Shown: positions 1-10,331 of the stretch, piece by piece | Position numbering within the stretch: the stretch's first letter is position 1 | How the letters are laid out: each line of letters starts with the position of its first letter | Assembly (NCBI GenBank): GCA_963664225.1 | Contig: OY760937.1 | Location: 384,001 to 448,000 of the forward strand | Length of the DNA stretch: 64,000 nt | Source of the DNA: Verrucomicrobiia bacterium | GTDB lineage: Bacteria; Verrucomicrobiota; Verrucomicrobiia; Limisphaerales; UBA1319 | Direction of reading: 5' to 3' | Notes under the pieces: model-generated | Database searches by the model: none | Told to the model about the DNA's origin: nothing | Seen by the model: the letters and a program-made list of their open reading frames with translations, nothing else | Translations under genes and position numbers: made by a program

Positions 1-4
1 TGCG

Positions 5-3000
5 TTGATGAAGGTGCAATCACAGGTGATGGCGGAGAGCAATAGCAGTTATCAAGTCAGTTTCTCGCAAACAAATCTCATTGGATACGGTGGTGGGTGT
101 GACAATACGGTGACCAATACCAATTCGGCTTCCGTTGAAATGCCCTTTTACAAACCATTCCAGCTTACGGTTCAGGGATCAAATCTGTATTATATTCAAT
201 GTGATTTAACTGCGATGGCCGGAGTGAGTCTGATGGACGCTCGGAGAGTTCGCGATAATTTTCCCAACAACATCAAGTTTTTAATCAACGATGTGGAAGG
301 AGGCATGTTATCAGATTTCAATTACACAAATTCATGTGGCTATTATAGCAATTCGTGGAAAGTAGAAATACGGTGGGATGCTCGTCCGCGCTGGCGACTT
401 GATGATGACAGCAACGAACCGGATAGAGCGCCGGGTGATGGTTCCAGCCTGCAGCTTGGACCAGGAATGAGTCTTTCTACAAACCGTTCCCAGATTGAAT
501 GGAATGTTAGCTTGGGGCATCTTTTGGACAACAATTCGGCTGGCAAGCTTCGGCTGCTTAACAATGGTTTGTTTGCCTCGGTTTACACCCCATCAAATTT
601 GTTTTATACGTGCAAATCCACGAATATCCGCAGTCAATTGGAATTGGTGATTACAAATCAGATGTCTGGAGAACTGCGCCAGGTCAAAGCGCCACAGGCA
701 TTTGTCGATATTGTACCGGGAACGAACCAATATTCGCTGAAGTTTTACCATCCTTCGCAGGTGGGCAGCCAGACAAACAGTCAGGGGATTTACACCAATA
801 TCTCGGGAAACTATTTTGTAAGCTGGCAGGTGGTGAATCCGGACAATAATCCGGCAATTAGCAACCGATTGCATATCATTGAAAATCGCAACGGTTGGTC
901 TCGCACCAACATTCTTGAATTCAATTCAGCCTCAAGTCTTTGGACTTTGAAGGAAGGAGAAGGCAGTGAACAAAAAATTGAAACACGGTTGGTTTCATTC
1001 GCTTCGAACACGAGCGTTTCACCTGCACGCAGCAATCGACTTGAGACAGTTGAAATCAAATATTACGGAGGCCAGATTTCATCCCAAAGCATTGAAAAAT
1101 ATGAGTTGTTTCCTTGGGGCTGGAATCTTGTGGAAACCCGCCTTGATCCAAACGGGGCAAATCTTTCTACGCGAATGGAATATTACACGGAAGGAGAGCT
1201 GTACGAAATAGGTCGCGTAAAATATGTTTTCAATCCAAATGGAACCTGGGAAAAGCGCATATACAACGGTTGGGATTCAGGCGAGCCAGGAACCTTGGGT
1301 AAAGTCCTTAGGCCATGGAAAGACAGCCCTTTGACGCCTCAAGAGGCCGATGAATCGAATTCCCATAGAACAGAATACGCAGCTTATTCAGAAGAGGGTG
1401 TGCCAATGTACAACCGCCAGTATCTCTATAATAACGATACAGGTTATGATTTCTGGATTCGTGAGGAAACGTATAGTGAAAATCCGGATTATGGGGATAC
1501 TCTGGAGAGATTTGAAGGCAAACAAATCTGCGAGGATATGACTTTGAGTGTAGGTGCCTACCGAAGATTCTTTGCCCCAACCGCACCTTGGGGACTTGCT
1601 GATCATCCTTTGGAATGTTCGAAAAGCGGTGAACCGGTCCAATATTATTACTACGATCATGGTTCTTATAATCCCTCGACGCGGGTTTTTTCCTATGATC
1701 CCAACAATCATCTCTACACGAGCGACGCCTCTTTGGTCATCAATCCAGATCGACGTCAAACCATCATTTACTGCGGTTTGGAGTCGATGGATATTTACGG
1801 CCTAGAAAATGATACTTACCGCAACATTGGCGTACAGCTTTATACGATGGAAGACCATGTATGCGATCGTTTATTGTATTATTATGTAGGTCAAAGTTGG
1901 AAAGAAACCACTGTTTATTCGCAAGGACTTCCCGTTTTAAGGGAAAAATATGCTTGCTCTGGCACCAATGCATGGGGCGAACCAGTGTTTGAGTTGCTTT
2001 ACCAGGAGGTTCTCGCAAACGACACGTTAGGACATACCACGAATATCACACGCATGGACCCTGTCTCAGGTTTGCCACGCACCACCTATTCTGCGGATTA
2101 CCGTGGGAACAATGTGATGGATGGCAGTCTTCTGCTTTCCGAAATGGATGAGACTGGCAAAGAAACAGTTTACACTTATGATACGCTTAAACGCATAAAA
2201 ACCCGCACGATCAAGGGCATCTCAGCAATGGATGGTTATCCTTCACAATCGGACCAGATTACCACCTATGTATATGACGCCTCCGGTCGCACGCTTAGCG
2301 AAACCCAATCGGCAGGTTCGTTATCCATGGTGAATGCCTCGGCTTTTGACAAAACGGGAAGACTTACGTCTCAGACCAATTCGGACGGTCTCGTGACCAC
2401 GTTTGCCTATCCGGGCAACACTTCGGGAACAAATATCACCCTGCCTGGAGGAGCCACGTTGCTTCTCACCAATTATCTGGATGGACGGCTAAAATCGAAA
2501 ACTGGCACATCCACCATTGCCGAGTATTACGACTATGATCTGGACTGGCAATATTCTATGGGTCGTGTTCAAGATTATACAGTCAAGAGAATCGGAGCGT
2601 TGAATTCTGGTCGATATGTTAAAACCGGAATCGACTGGGTCGATAACCAGATATATGAGGAACGTCCGAGCTTTTCCTTGGAAGGAAATTACACAGTTTA
2701 TAAAGCAATGCCGGAAGGTTACCGCGTAACCAAAATGACCACAAATGATTTGGGTCGCGCCGTAACCGAATATGATGGTCTGGAGCGGACATGGCGCCAA
2801 ACGCTCCGTAAGTATAACGGTTTGGAGCCAAATTACTCGTTTGTCTATACAGACCCAGTTTCAGATGATCGAATAAGTCAGACTGATACTTACTTCAAGA
2901 AAATCGCCAATGTCTGGTATGAAGTGACGACAAATCTCACGTTTTTGACCTATAACGACTCAACTCCTTCCGTGACGAGTGTTGTCGAGAACCAAGTCAA

Positions 3001-5881
3001 TAACCTGAGCTCGACCGAAATTTCGAAAACCAGCCAATGGGATGCTTTTAATAACCTGACTATTAGCACTGTTACGGTTGATCGCACCAAAAAACGCACC
3101 ACCGAGACTCTTAACACGGCCCAGTCGGTCCAAGACGCCACCACAGTAAAGGTTAATGACCTTTTGCAAAAGGAAAACACCCCAACCGTTGCTGGTTATA
3201 TATGGCATTATTACGATGAGTTGGGGCGCGAGGTTCAAACGATCAATCCACAGGGGGCTTCGAGCCGCACTTTCTATGATGCGGTTACCGGTCAAATCAC
3301 CAATACCGTGGATTACACGGGGATGAGCACGGCCTCCGAATATTATCCGGCTACGCATCTCAATGCAGGACAGCTGAAATGCACCACGGCGGCGAACGGC
3401 AAAAAAACCTTTTATGAATATACCGCCCGGGGTGAATTGTCACGGACCTGGGGTGATGTGCCATATCCCGAGGAGCGAATCTATGATTCATATGGTGATA
3501 TGATTGAGTTGCACACTTACCGTGGCGGGTCTCAATGGGCTAACTCGACCTGGCCTGGAACAGGTGTTGCGTGCGATACAAACAAGTGGCTGTATCAGGC
3601 TGAAACCGGTTACCTTACCAACAAAGTGGACCAAACTGGTCACGCTGTAAAATATGCCTATCAAAATAATGGTTTGTTGAGCACGCGCCAATGGTCTCGC
3701 GGTGTGACAACGACGTATCTATACAACGAGTACGGCGATCTGACAGCGGTCAATTATTCGGATGGAACAACGCCCGTCGTGTATGTCAATGAGGCATATA
3801 CAAGTTATAATCGCGCTGGCCTCCCAGCTTTTGTAAGTGATTCTACAGGGGAGCATTTGCTATTTTACGATATTCTGGGCCGTCCGACAGGAGACGGGTG
3901 CACAGCGGGAACATTCGTAAATCTCTCCATAACAAACCATTATGACGCATTGTATGGGCGCGACTGGATAAAACTCCGGGTTAATAGCACAGATTTACTG
4001 ACCTCGACTTATGGATATGACGCTTATGGGCGGTTGAGTAGCGCTTCGTCAGGGGTGGATTCCGCTGCATATGCATATCAGAACAATGCAGATTTGCTGG
4101 CAACCACCTCGTTCAAACACAGTGGATCGTCAAAACTCACAACGAGTCGGACGTGGGATTATGGAGTTCGCCTACATTCCATTGCCAATAACTCCACGGG
4201 GTCTGTAAGCAGTCACGTCTATACCTATGATTCCGTGAATCGCCGAACGCGGGCCACCCAGACCGACGGGTCGGCGTGGGCGTATGATTATAATGACCGC
4301 AACGAGGTCGTTTCAGGCAAACGCTATTGGTCGGATTTCAAACCGGTGACAGGACAGCAATATGAGTATTGTTACGATAATATAGGCAATCTGAAAACCA
4401 ATTGGAGTGGCGGTGACGCCTCTGGTCAAAACCTCAGACCAACGGCCTTCACGGTCAATGGGCTTAACGAATATACCGGTATCACGATACCCAGTTATAA
4501 AGATGTGTGTGGCGTGGCCTACGCGAATGTCACGATCACAGTGAATGGGCAGTCCACAGATCGGAAGGGGGAATACTACCATTCCGAGTTGAGCGTCACC
4601 AATGTCGGTGGAGCCTTGTGGCAGACCGTGACGGTCGCTGGTGCAACGAATACAACAGGTAATCTTCTGATTGCTCCGTCATCCGCCACATTGGTGTATG
4701 ATAATGATGGCAATCTTCAACAGGACGGGCTGTGGGGATACACTTGGGATGCGGAGAATCGGTTGTCAAAAGTTGAAAGCATCAGCTCGTTGCCCAACTT
4801 TGCCAAGCGGAAGCTGGAGTTTGGCTACGATTACAAAGGACGTCGAATCTGGAGCAAGATATCCACCAATAACGGCAGTTATGTTTTGAGCCGGAATACC
4901 CGGTTCCTTTATGATGGCTGGAATGTGATCGGCGAATTGAATGCAACCAACAACGCCTTGGTGCGCTCCTATACATGGGGCCTGGACATGAGCCATACGA
5001 TGGACGGGGTCGGTGGCATTGGAGGACTGGTTCTGGTCGCCGATAACTCGAGCGGATCAACCTATTATCCCGCCTATGACGGTAATGGAAACGTCATGGC
5101 GTTAGTTAATGCATCTGATGCTTCCACGGCGGCCCAATACGAGTATTCGCCATTCGGCGAACTTATCCGTGCCACAGGGCCAATGGCCAGAACTAATCCA
5201 ATCCGTTGGTCCACCAAATACTGGGATGAAGAAAGTAGTTTGGTTTATTACGGATACAGATATTATAGCCCGAGTATGGAAAGGTGGATCAGTCGAGATC
5301 CTAGTGAGGAACAGGGAGGAAATAATCTATATGCGTTCTGCAAGAATAATAGTCTTAACGCAATTGATCCACATGGGGATATGCTTGAGGGACTGCTATT
5401 AGCGGAAGGGGATGATTTGGGTGGTGCGGTGGCGTTCGCTGCACGTGGGTATTCATTGTTGTCAAGGATTAGGAATGCGGTTGAGACTTATGGGCAAATT
5501 CAAAACATGACGGTGCAAGCTCTTGATGCCGTGCAAAACGGTGATGGTGACCGTCTCGAAGAAATGCTATCAGCAGGTGGAACGGCTCTCGGTAGTATGC
5601 TTTTGGGTAAAACAGTTGGAGTGGCGGTTGGAGCCGCTACTAGTAGAGCACTTGGTGACATTCTGAGTGACACAACGATATTTAAACGATGGATAAAATG
5701 TAGTCATGATCCGAATCTACCATTAAGTGCGTCAGATGCAAAAAAAGTATGGGCAAAACTGAAACAAATGGGTAAAACGCCAAAGTATCACGATAAAGGC
5801 CATTCCGATACCAAGTGGCAAGGAGCGCATATAAACGTTGATGGCGCCCACATTCCTGTAGATCCATCTTTTAAGCCATGA
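5..5881 (+). CDS. RHS/YD-repeat polymorphic toxin (probably 5'-truncated by the window edge)
   Basis: 1958-aa ORF whose frame is open to the left edge. Many YD-type repeats; RHS-associated core YEYSPFGE...YYGYRYYSP...RWISRDP...NLYAF..N...IDPHG; 167-aa variable C-terminus after DPHG (starts 5378). Confidence 0.95.
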   Translation: MMKVQSQVMAESNSSYQVSFSQTNLIGYGGGCDNTVTNTNSASVEMPFYKPFQLTVQGSNLYYIQCDLTAMAGVSLMDARRVRDNFPNNIKFLINDVEGGMLSDFNYTNSCGYYSNSWKVEIRWDARPRWRLDDDSNEPDRAPGDGSSLQLGPGMSLSTNRSQIEWNVSLGHLLDNNSAGKLRLLNNGLFASVYTPSNLFYTCKSTNIRSQLELVITNQMSGELRQVKAPQAFVDIVPGTNQYSLKFYHPSQVGSQTNSQGIYTNISGNYFVSWQVVNPDNNPAISNRLHIIENRNGWSRTNILEFNSASSLWTLKEGEGSEQKIETRLVSFASNTSVSPARSNRLETVEIKYYGGQISSQSIEKYELFPWGWNLVETRLDPNGANLSTRMEYYTEGELYEIGRVKYVFNPNGTWEKRIYNGWDSGEPGTLGKVLRPWKDSPLTPQEADESNSHRTEYAAYSEEGVPMYNRQYLYNNDTGYDFWIREETYSENPDYGDTLERFEGKQICEDMTLSVGAYRRFFAPTAPWGLADHPLECSKSGEPVQYYYYDHGSYNPSTRVFSYDPNNHLYTSDASLVINPDRRQTIIYCGLESMDIYGLENDTYRNIGVQLYTMEDHVCDRLLYYYVGQSWKETTVYSQGLPVLREKYACSGTNAWGEPVFELLYQEVLANDTLGHTTNITRMDPVSGLPRTTYSADYRGNNVMDGSLLLSEMDETGKETVYTYDTLKRIKTRTIKGISAMDGYPSQSDQITTYVYDASGRTLSETQSAGSLSMVNASAFDKTGRLTSQTNSDGLVTTFAYPGNTSGTNITLPGGATLLLTNYLDGRLKSKTGTSTIAEYYDYDLDWQYSMGRVQDYTVKRIGALNSGRYVKTGIDWVDNQIYEERPSFSLEGNYTVYKAMPEGYRVTKMTTNDLGRAVTEYDGLERTWRQTLRKYNGLEPNYSFVYTDPVSDDRISQTDTYFKKIANVWYEVTTNLTFLTYNDSTPSVTSVVENQVNNLSSTEISKTSQWDAFNNLTISTVTVDRTKKRTTETLNTAQSVQDATTVKVNDLLQKENTPTVAGYIWHYYDELGREVQTINPQGASSRTFYDAVTGQITNTVDYTGMSTASEYYPATHLNAGQLKCTTAANGKKTFYEYTARGELSRTWGDVPYPEERIYDSYGDMIELHTYRGGSQWANSTWPGTGVACDTNKWLYQAETGYLTNKVDQTGHAVKYAYQNNGLLSTRQWSRGVTTTYLYNEYGDLTAVNYSDGTTPVVYVNEAYTSYNRAGLPAFVSDSTGEHLLFYDILGRPTGDGCTAGTFVNLSITNHYDALYGRDWIKLRVNSTDLLTSTYGYDAYGRLSSASSGVDSAAYAYQNNADLLATTSFKHSGSSKLTTSRTWDYGVRLHSIANNSTGSVSSHVYTYDSVNRRTRATQTDGSAWAYDYNDRNEVVSGKRYWSDFKPVTGQQYEYCYDNIGNLKTNWSGGDASGQNLRPTAFTVNGLNEYTGITIPSYKDVCGVAYANVTITVNGQSTDRKGEYYHSELSVTNVGGALWQTVTVAGATNTTGNLLIAPSSATLVYDNDGNLQQDGLWGYTWDAENRLSKVESISSLPNFAKRKLEFGYDYKGRRIWSKISTNNGSYVLSRNTRFLYDGWNVIGELNATNNALVRSYTWGLDMSHTMDGVGGIGGLVLVADNSSGSTYYPAYDGNGNVMALVNASDASTAAQYEYSPFGELIRATGPMARTNPIRWSTKYWDEESSLVYYGYRYYSPSMERWISRDPSEEQGGNNLYAFCKNNSLNAIDPHGDMLEGLLLAEGDDLGGAVAFAARGYSLLSRIRNAVETYGQIQNMTVQALDAVQNGDGDRLEEMLSAGGTALGSMLLGKTVGVAVGAATSRALGDILSDTTIFKRWIKCSHDPNLPLSASDAKKVWAKLKQMGKTPKYHDKGHSDTKWQGAHINVDGAHIPVDPSFKP

Positions 5882-6405
5882 AGACAAACGGTTATCTTAT
5901 TGTATTAGATACGGTCACATATAACAAAGGAACACTAAATATATTGTATCGAGGGGTAGATCGTTTGCCACAATATCCTAGCAATATACTTAGTGAACGT
6001 GAGGCGAATGAATTTTATGTATTTTCCGGTGTGCGTCTCGATTCTGGACTTATAGAAACATTGAATCAAGCCACCGATCTCTTAAAAATGTTTGAGAAAT
6101 CGCCACGTAAGTATGAAATACTCTTTTGCTCTTTTGACGATGATCAAAAACAATATGAACAAGAAGGACATTTGTTGTTTCTTGGGGTAGATGTAGCATC
6201 AATATCAGGAGACTGCTGGTCGATAGTGAAAGATTACCCTTGTCATCAAGAAATGAAAAAATATTTACCACTATTAAATGAAAATGGTTTATTTTCTAAT
6301 TGCATAGTAGCACGGAAATATTTGATGGATTACCGATCCCAAAAACTTAATGATTATGATTTTCCATTCGAGGTAATCGCTGTCTATCGATTCAATGTAA
6401 AATAA
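5878..6405 (+). CDS. Putative cognate immunity protein for the RHS toxin
   Basis: 175-aa AT-rich ORF whose ATG overlaps the RHS stop (ATGA at 5878-5881), the standard toxin-immunity arrangement. Confidence 0.75.
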   Translation: MKTNGYLIVLDTVTYNKGTLNILYRGVDRLPQYPSNILSEREANEFYVFSGVRLDSGLIETLNQATDLLKMFEKSPRKYEILFCSFDDDQKQYEQEGHLLFLGVDVASISGDCWSIVKDYPCHQEMKKYLPLLNENGLFSNCIVARKYLMDYRSQKLNDYDFPFEVIAVYRFNVK

Positions 6406-6459
6406 GCGATAAAACCCTAAACAAATATGTAAATAATAAGATAATCGACTATTATATAT

Positions 6460-6888
6460 ATGAATGTTAAATACTGGATTCAAGTTGGAATGTCATTGAT
6501 GTGTATGTCATTGTGTCTGCGAGCACAAAGCGTAACGAACAATAATGCGTTTACTGGTTATAAGCCCAATATCGAAGGAAAGATGAGTGATCCTGAACGA
6601 AAGGCGCTTTTAGAAAGCCGAAAACAAGAGTTGCTTAAATGGGATAAGAACGGTGATGGCAAAATTGATGCGGGCGAACGTGAAGCATGGAAACGTGCCC
6701 GCCAGGAATATTACCTGAAGATCAAGAAACAAAAGCAAATCGAAAATCCTAACAACGAGGCTGCGCGTTTGCTTAAAAAGCATGATGTGAATCATGACGG
6801 ACATCTCGACCAAACAGAGAAATTAGCATTGGAAGCTGATTTGGCTGAAGTACAAGCTCGTAAACAGTCAAAAAATGCTGGAAAATAG
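6460..6888 (+). CDS. Secreted EF-hand domain protein
   Basis: Signal-peptide-like N-terminus (..SLCLRA|Q) and two EF-hand loops, DKNGDGKIDAGE and DVNHDGHLDQTE. Confidence 0.8.
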   Translation: MNVKYWIQVGMSLMCMSLCLRAQSVTNNNAFTGYKPNIEGKMSDPERKALLESRKQELLKWDKNGDGKIDAGEREAWKRARQEYYLKIKKQKQIENPNNEAARLLKKHDVNHDGHLDQTEKLALEADLAEVQARKQSKNAGK

Positions 6889-7078
6889 AGAGTCTCGGTC
6901 TGGATTCATGCAGGCATTCTTCAGGACAAGTGGCTATTGTAGTCGATCGAGTTGACATCTAACAGCCTTTACATTGCTCGGTTTCGACATTGATAATGGG
7001 GGAGTTCATAAATTATCATGTCAAGTGCTGGATGGCTTCAAAAGACTCATGACGCGCAGCGGAGTATATCATTTGCAA

Positions 7079-8860
7079 TTATTTTAACTGCCGCTTCACC
7101 GGCAGCAGATCGTCAGGCTCCTTCAAAATCACCTGCTGAACCTTTTTCGGTTCGTTGGAATTCTTTAATAATCCAACGGCCATTTTCTGTTCACGGTCTT
7201 TAATTTGCCTGTTTGCCTCGGTACTTGGCATGGCAAACGGCAGTTTTTTGTACAAACGGGTTAAAAAGGATTGCGCCATCTTGTCATTGGCAGGCGTTTT
7301 CTGAATGGTCGGTGTCACAATGGTGTGGGGAGTGGCCATTCCAACGAGCCGAGCCACGCCATGACGCTGTTTCTGATCATGCAGAGCCGCCATAGCCCGG
7401 AACATCTGTTCCTCCAGGGGGCGGAATTGGACGCTGGAAAGTTCTTTTCCAATGACTGGACGGAGAAAAGGCATTTCGGTTTCAGAACTGCCTCCGCCTC
7501 GCACGTTCATTTGGGACGTGCCGTCTGAATTAGCCTCCGAACTATTCCACGCGCTGGGGTCTTCTTGTGAGTCGTTAAGTATCATGCCGCTCGTGCTTTC
7601 GGTGCCGGTCAGACCGGTAAATTGCCCGGTGGCCTCGCTCCAGTTTTCGCTCCTGCTCCTAACGGTGCGGGTCTCCTCGACGTAATCCATCACCTTGGTG
7701 CTGTATAGCTCGTGTTTGATCTCGTCCGGGTTCATCACACCCATAAAGAGGTCGGTGGCAAGGGGACGCAAATTCTCCTCGCCGTGTGTTTCAAACACGA
7801 TCTTGCTCCGCGCGTTCGCCATGATCGAGTCATACACCTGGGGGCCGTTTGCGCCGGTATGGAGAATCTGGCGTGGAAATTGGTTGGCAAGCGTGAGGTG
7901 AAGCCCGAATCCGCGTGCCTGGTCGAGATTCTTGGCAATCGTCGGGGTCACGAAGTTCTGAAATTCGTCAATATAGACATAGAATGGTTTTACCTGGCGA
8001 GCATCAGTGCCTTTACCGCGTTCCTTTGCCGCCGTCCAAAGATCGCTCAAAAGCAATGTCGCAAACAGGGAAGCATCTTCCTCGGATACGCGAGCGCCTT
8101 CGGTTGAAAGATTGACGATGATTATCGAACCCTCTTCGAGCGCTTTGCCAAGATCAAGTGATGTGCCGTTCTGGCCGAACATGAGACGCAGCTTTTCATT
8201 GTGCAGGAAACTGTGAAATCGATTCACGGTGCTCGAAATCTGTGCGTCAAAATCCCTTGGTGTTAAGGCATTAGCGTAGGCCCAATCCTGAGCAACAGAA
8301 CGTTTGGATAGGCCAGCCGTCATCTGGAACCGGAGGCGCTTGTTGGTGCGGTCAATCAGATATTCCGATTCAAGGAGCGTCATCTTTTTCTCATATAACG
8401 TCCATAGGACATTGCTTCCGATACGAGCGAATAGGGGTGTTTTGTCGGTGCCGTCCACGCCCCAGACATACGACATGGCTTGGACAAAGTTATTCACGAT
8501 AACCGCAGGATCGGCCTTCATGCGCGGACGCATCACGTTGTATGCGACTGTCCAATCGGTTTGCCGTAAATCAATTGGGACAATGGGAACCTTTTTAAGA
8601 TACGGTTCCTGCCATGAAATCCAATTGATGAGGCTGTCGTATAACGATCCGTGGGGGTCGAGCACCAGGAGTCCGCACTTGCTTTGGGGCCATTTGGCGA
8701 TGTCCTGGCGGATGAGATATTCCAGCATTTTCGATTTGCCGGTGCCGGTCGAGCCGCAGATGTATAAATGCGTCGAACGCATCTCAGGGGTAATCTGGAG
8801 GGGAACCCCCTTACCGTCCACCACACCGAGCTTAATTTTATTGCCGGGAATGCGACGCAT
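7079..8860 (-). CDS. VirD4/TraD-like type IV coupling-protein family P-loop ATPase (HerA/FtsK superfamily), no N-terminal TM
   Basis: Walker A HLYICGSTGTGKS, LVLDPHG, Walker B YIDEFQNF, ARGFGLHLTLANQ. ATG at 8860 preferred over the TTG at 8881. Confidence 0.85.
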   Translation of the reverse strand: MRRIPGNKIKLGVVDGKGVPLQITPEMRSTHLYICGSTGTGKSKMLEYLIRQDIAKWPQSKCGLLVLDPHGSLYDSLINWISWQEPYLKKVPIVPIDLRQTDWTVAYNVMRPRMKADPAVIVNNFVQAMSYVWGVDGTDKTPLFARIGSNVLWTLYEKKMTLLESEYLIDRTNKRLRFQMTAGLSKRSVAQDWAYANALTPRDFDAQISSTVNRFHSFLHNEKLRLMFGQNGTSLDLGKALEEGSIIIVNLSTEGARVSEEDASLFATLLLSDLWTAAKERGKGTDARQVKPFYVYIDEFQNFVTPTIAKNLDQARGFGLHLTLANQFPRQILHTGANGPQVYDSIMANARSKIVFETHGEENLRPLATDLFMGVMNPDEIKHELYSTKVMDYVEETRTVRSRSENWSEATGQFTGLTGTESTSGMILNDSQEDPSAWNSSEANSDGTSQMNVRGGGSSETEMPFLRPVIGKELSSVQFRPLEEQMFRAMAALHDQKQRHGVARLVGMATPHTIVTPTIQKTPANDKMAQSFLTRLYKKLPFAMPSTEANRQIKDREQKMAVGLLKNSNEPKKVQQVILKEPDDLLPVKRQLK

Positions 8861-8937
8861 AGTAATCACAACATAAATCAAAAACTGTATAGTGAAGGCG
8901 TGATAATATCAAAACAGGAACAAAGCATGTTTGGAAT

Positions 8938-9657
8938 CTATTTTTTCTGAGCAACAAAAAAAACCAAATCGTTCGGGACATCGGATCTTTTTTCGAATGA
9001 AACAGCATGGACTTCAGAAAATCCTATATTCGTAAATGCTCGCCAATAATCATCGCAATTTCGGTCAAAATATGTAAAGGGCGCTGGATGCACGGATGAT
9101 CCTCTAATTTTAAATGGTGCCAAGTATGCCGTCCGACCATTCACCAATATCCGCTTAGCTTGTTGACGCCGATGGTTAAACCAGAAAACAGGATGTGGTA
9201 TGCAACCGATCAGCACACCCTTTGGTTTAAGCAAATCGTAAATTGATTCTGCAATTTCTTCAATGTTAGGTACATTGTGAAAAAACATGTTTGCAACGCA
9301 AGCATCATAACGATCATGTTCCTCCTTCGAATAGTCGAGAATATTGGTAGCATGGAATTTGAGAGACGGAAAATTCTCCCGCGCAATGGAAATACAATCG
9401 GAAGCAATATCAATGCCGACTACATCGAATCCGAGATTGTGAATATAATCCGAGAAAAAACCTAAACCGCAACCAACATCTAGAACAGTTCGCCCAGGAG
9501 AAACGTCACTTAATAGTTTGTATAAAAGTGGACACAAAATATTTTTATATGTTTGGTCTTGTCCAGAAAATAGTTCTTGGAATCGATATCGAGCATTACA
9601 ATCCCATTGTTTGGCAATGAAACTGAATGAATTAAAATGTTTTTGGGATTTCCTCAT
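8938..9657 (-). CDS. Class I SAM-dependent methyltransferase (small-molecule type)
   Basis: Motif I VLDVGCGLG, motif II VVGIDIA, YDACVANMFFH, LLKPKGVL. ATG at 9657 overlaps the end of the upstream gene. Confidence 0.9.
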   Translation of the reverse strand: MRKSQKHFNSFSFIAKQWDCNARYRFQELFSGQDQTYKNILCPLLYKLLSDVSPGRTVLDVGCGLGFFSDYIHNLGFDVVGIDIASDCISIARENFPSLKFHATNILDYSKEEHDRYDACVANMFFHNVPNIEEIAESIYDLLKPKGVLIGCIPHPVFWFNHRRQQAKRILVNGRTAYLAPFKIRGSSVHPAPFTYFDRNCDDYWRAFTNIGFSEVHAVSFEKRSDVPNDLVFFVAQKK

Positions 9658-10258
9658 GGAGTATAATGCTGTATGATAACACATCGTTTGCCAAAGCTAT
9701 GAGATGGGGATCGTTCGTGCTGCAGGTCCCGATAAATTCAATTAGTTCCGGTCCGGCAATTGCGGCCCCTGTAACTTTGCTTCGGCATATTATTTGCTCA
9801 AAACCATCATTCTTTAGAATTGAAAACTTATGTTGTGACTGCACGCAACTGGGTATTTGAAATACTGAAGCTCCTGACGCCCTAAGTTGTTGTCCTTGGC
9901 TCCCAATTATCTTCAAAAATAACCGCAACTGACCTTTTGATGCCTTATTCACCAAGGCTGAATGTATTTCATCCGATCGCGCCCAATCTAAGTCATCGCA
10001 ATAAACCGATAAGTCTCCTGGAATATTATACCAATCTCTAAAAAAGCCGATTAATTGTTTACTGCCAGGTTTGAATCGATAAACTGTTTTTTCGCGAACG
10101 AAAATAGCATAACCAATAAAAACGCACAAAATTGTTGCTGCAATACACTTCTGATATAGATTAGGTAGAAGTGGGGCAAAATCTGCTAAGCCCACTACGC
10201 CCATGATCACAAAAAATAAATGAATTAAAGCTGCCCGAGTTTGTTTTATCGTATACAT
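9632..10258 (-). CDS. Membrane protein: two N-terminal TM helices plus a soluble domain with a degenerate PLD-like pattern
   Basis: Hydrophobic segments at about aa 9-31 and 38-54. The remainder LSVYCDDLDW...ALVNKASKGQLRLFL...LRASGASVF...HKFSILKND follows a PLD-like strand/helix pattern but lacks a canonical HxK(x)4D. Confidence 0.6.
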   Translation of the reverse strand: MYTIKQTRAALIHLFFVIMGVVGLADFAPLLPNLYQKCIAATILCVFIGYAIFVREKTVYRFKPGSKQLIGFFRDWYNIPGDLSVYCDDLDWARSDEIHSALVNKASKGQLRLFLKIIGSQGQQLRASGASVFQIPSCVQSQHKFSILKNDGFEQIICRSKVTGAAIAGPELIEFIGTCSTNDPHLIALANDVLSYSIILHEEIPKTF

Positions 10259-10331
10259 ATAAGCTCAGCGATCTATTAATGCATATTAAATCAAAAATAG
10301 TTTAACAAGTTCTATAAAGTGATTATCTACT

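Noticed and set aside
7253..7267. AACGGGTTAAAAA also occurs inside the VirD4-like gene
   Set aside because: Single copy within coding sequence and far from the cluster; likely coincidence.
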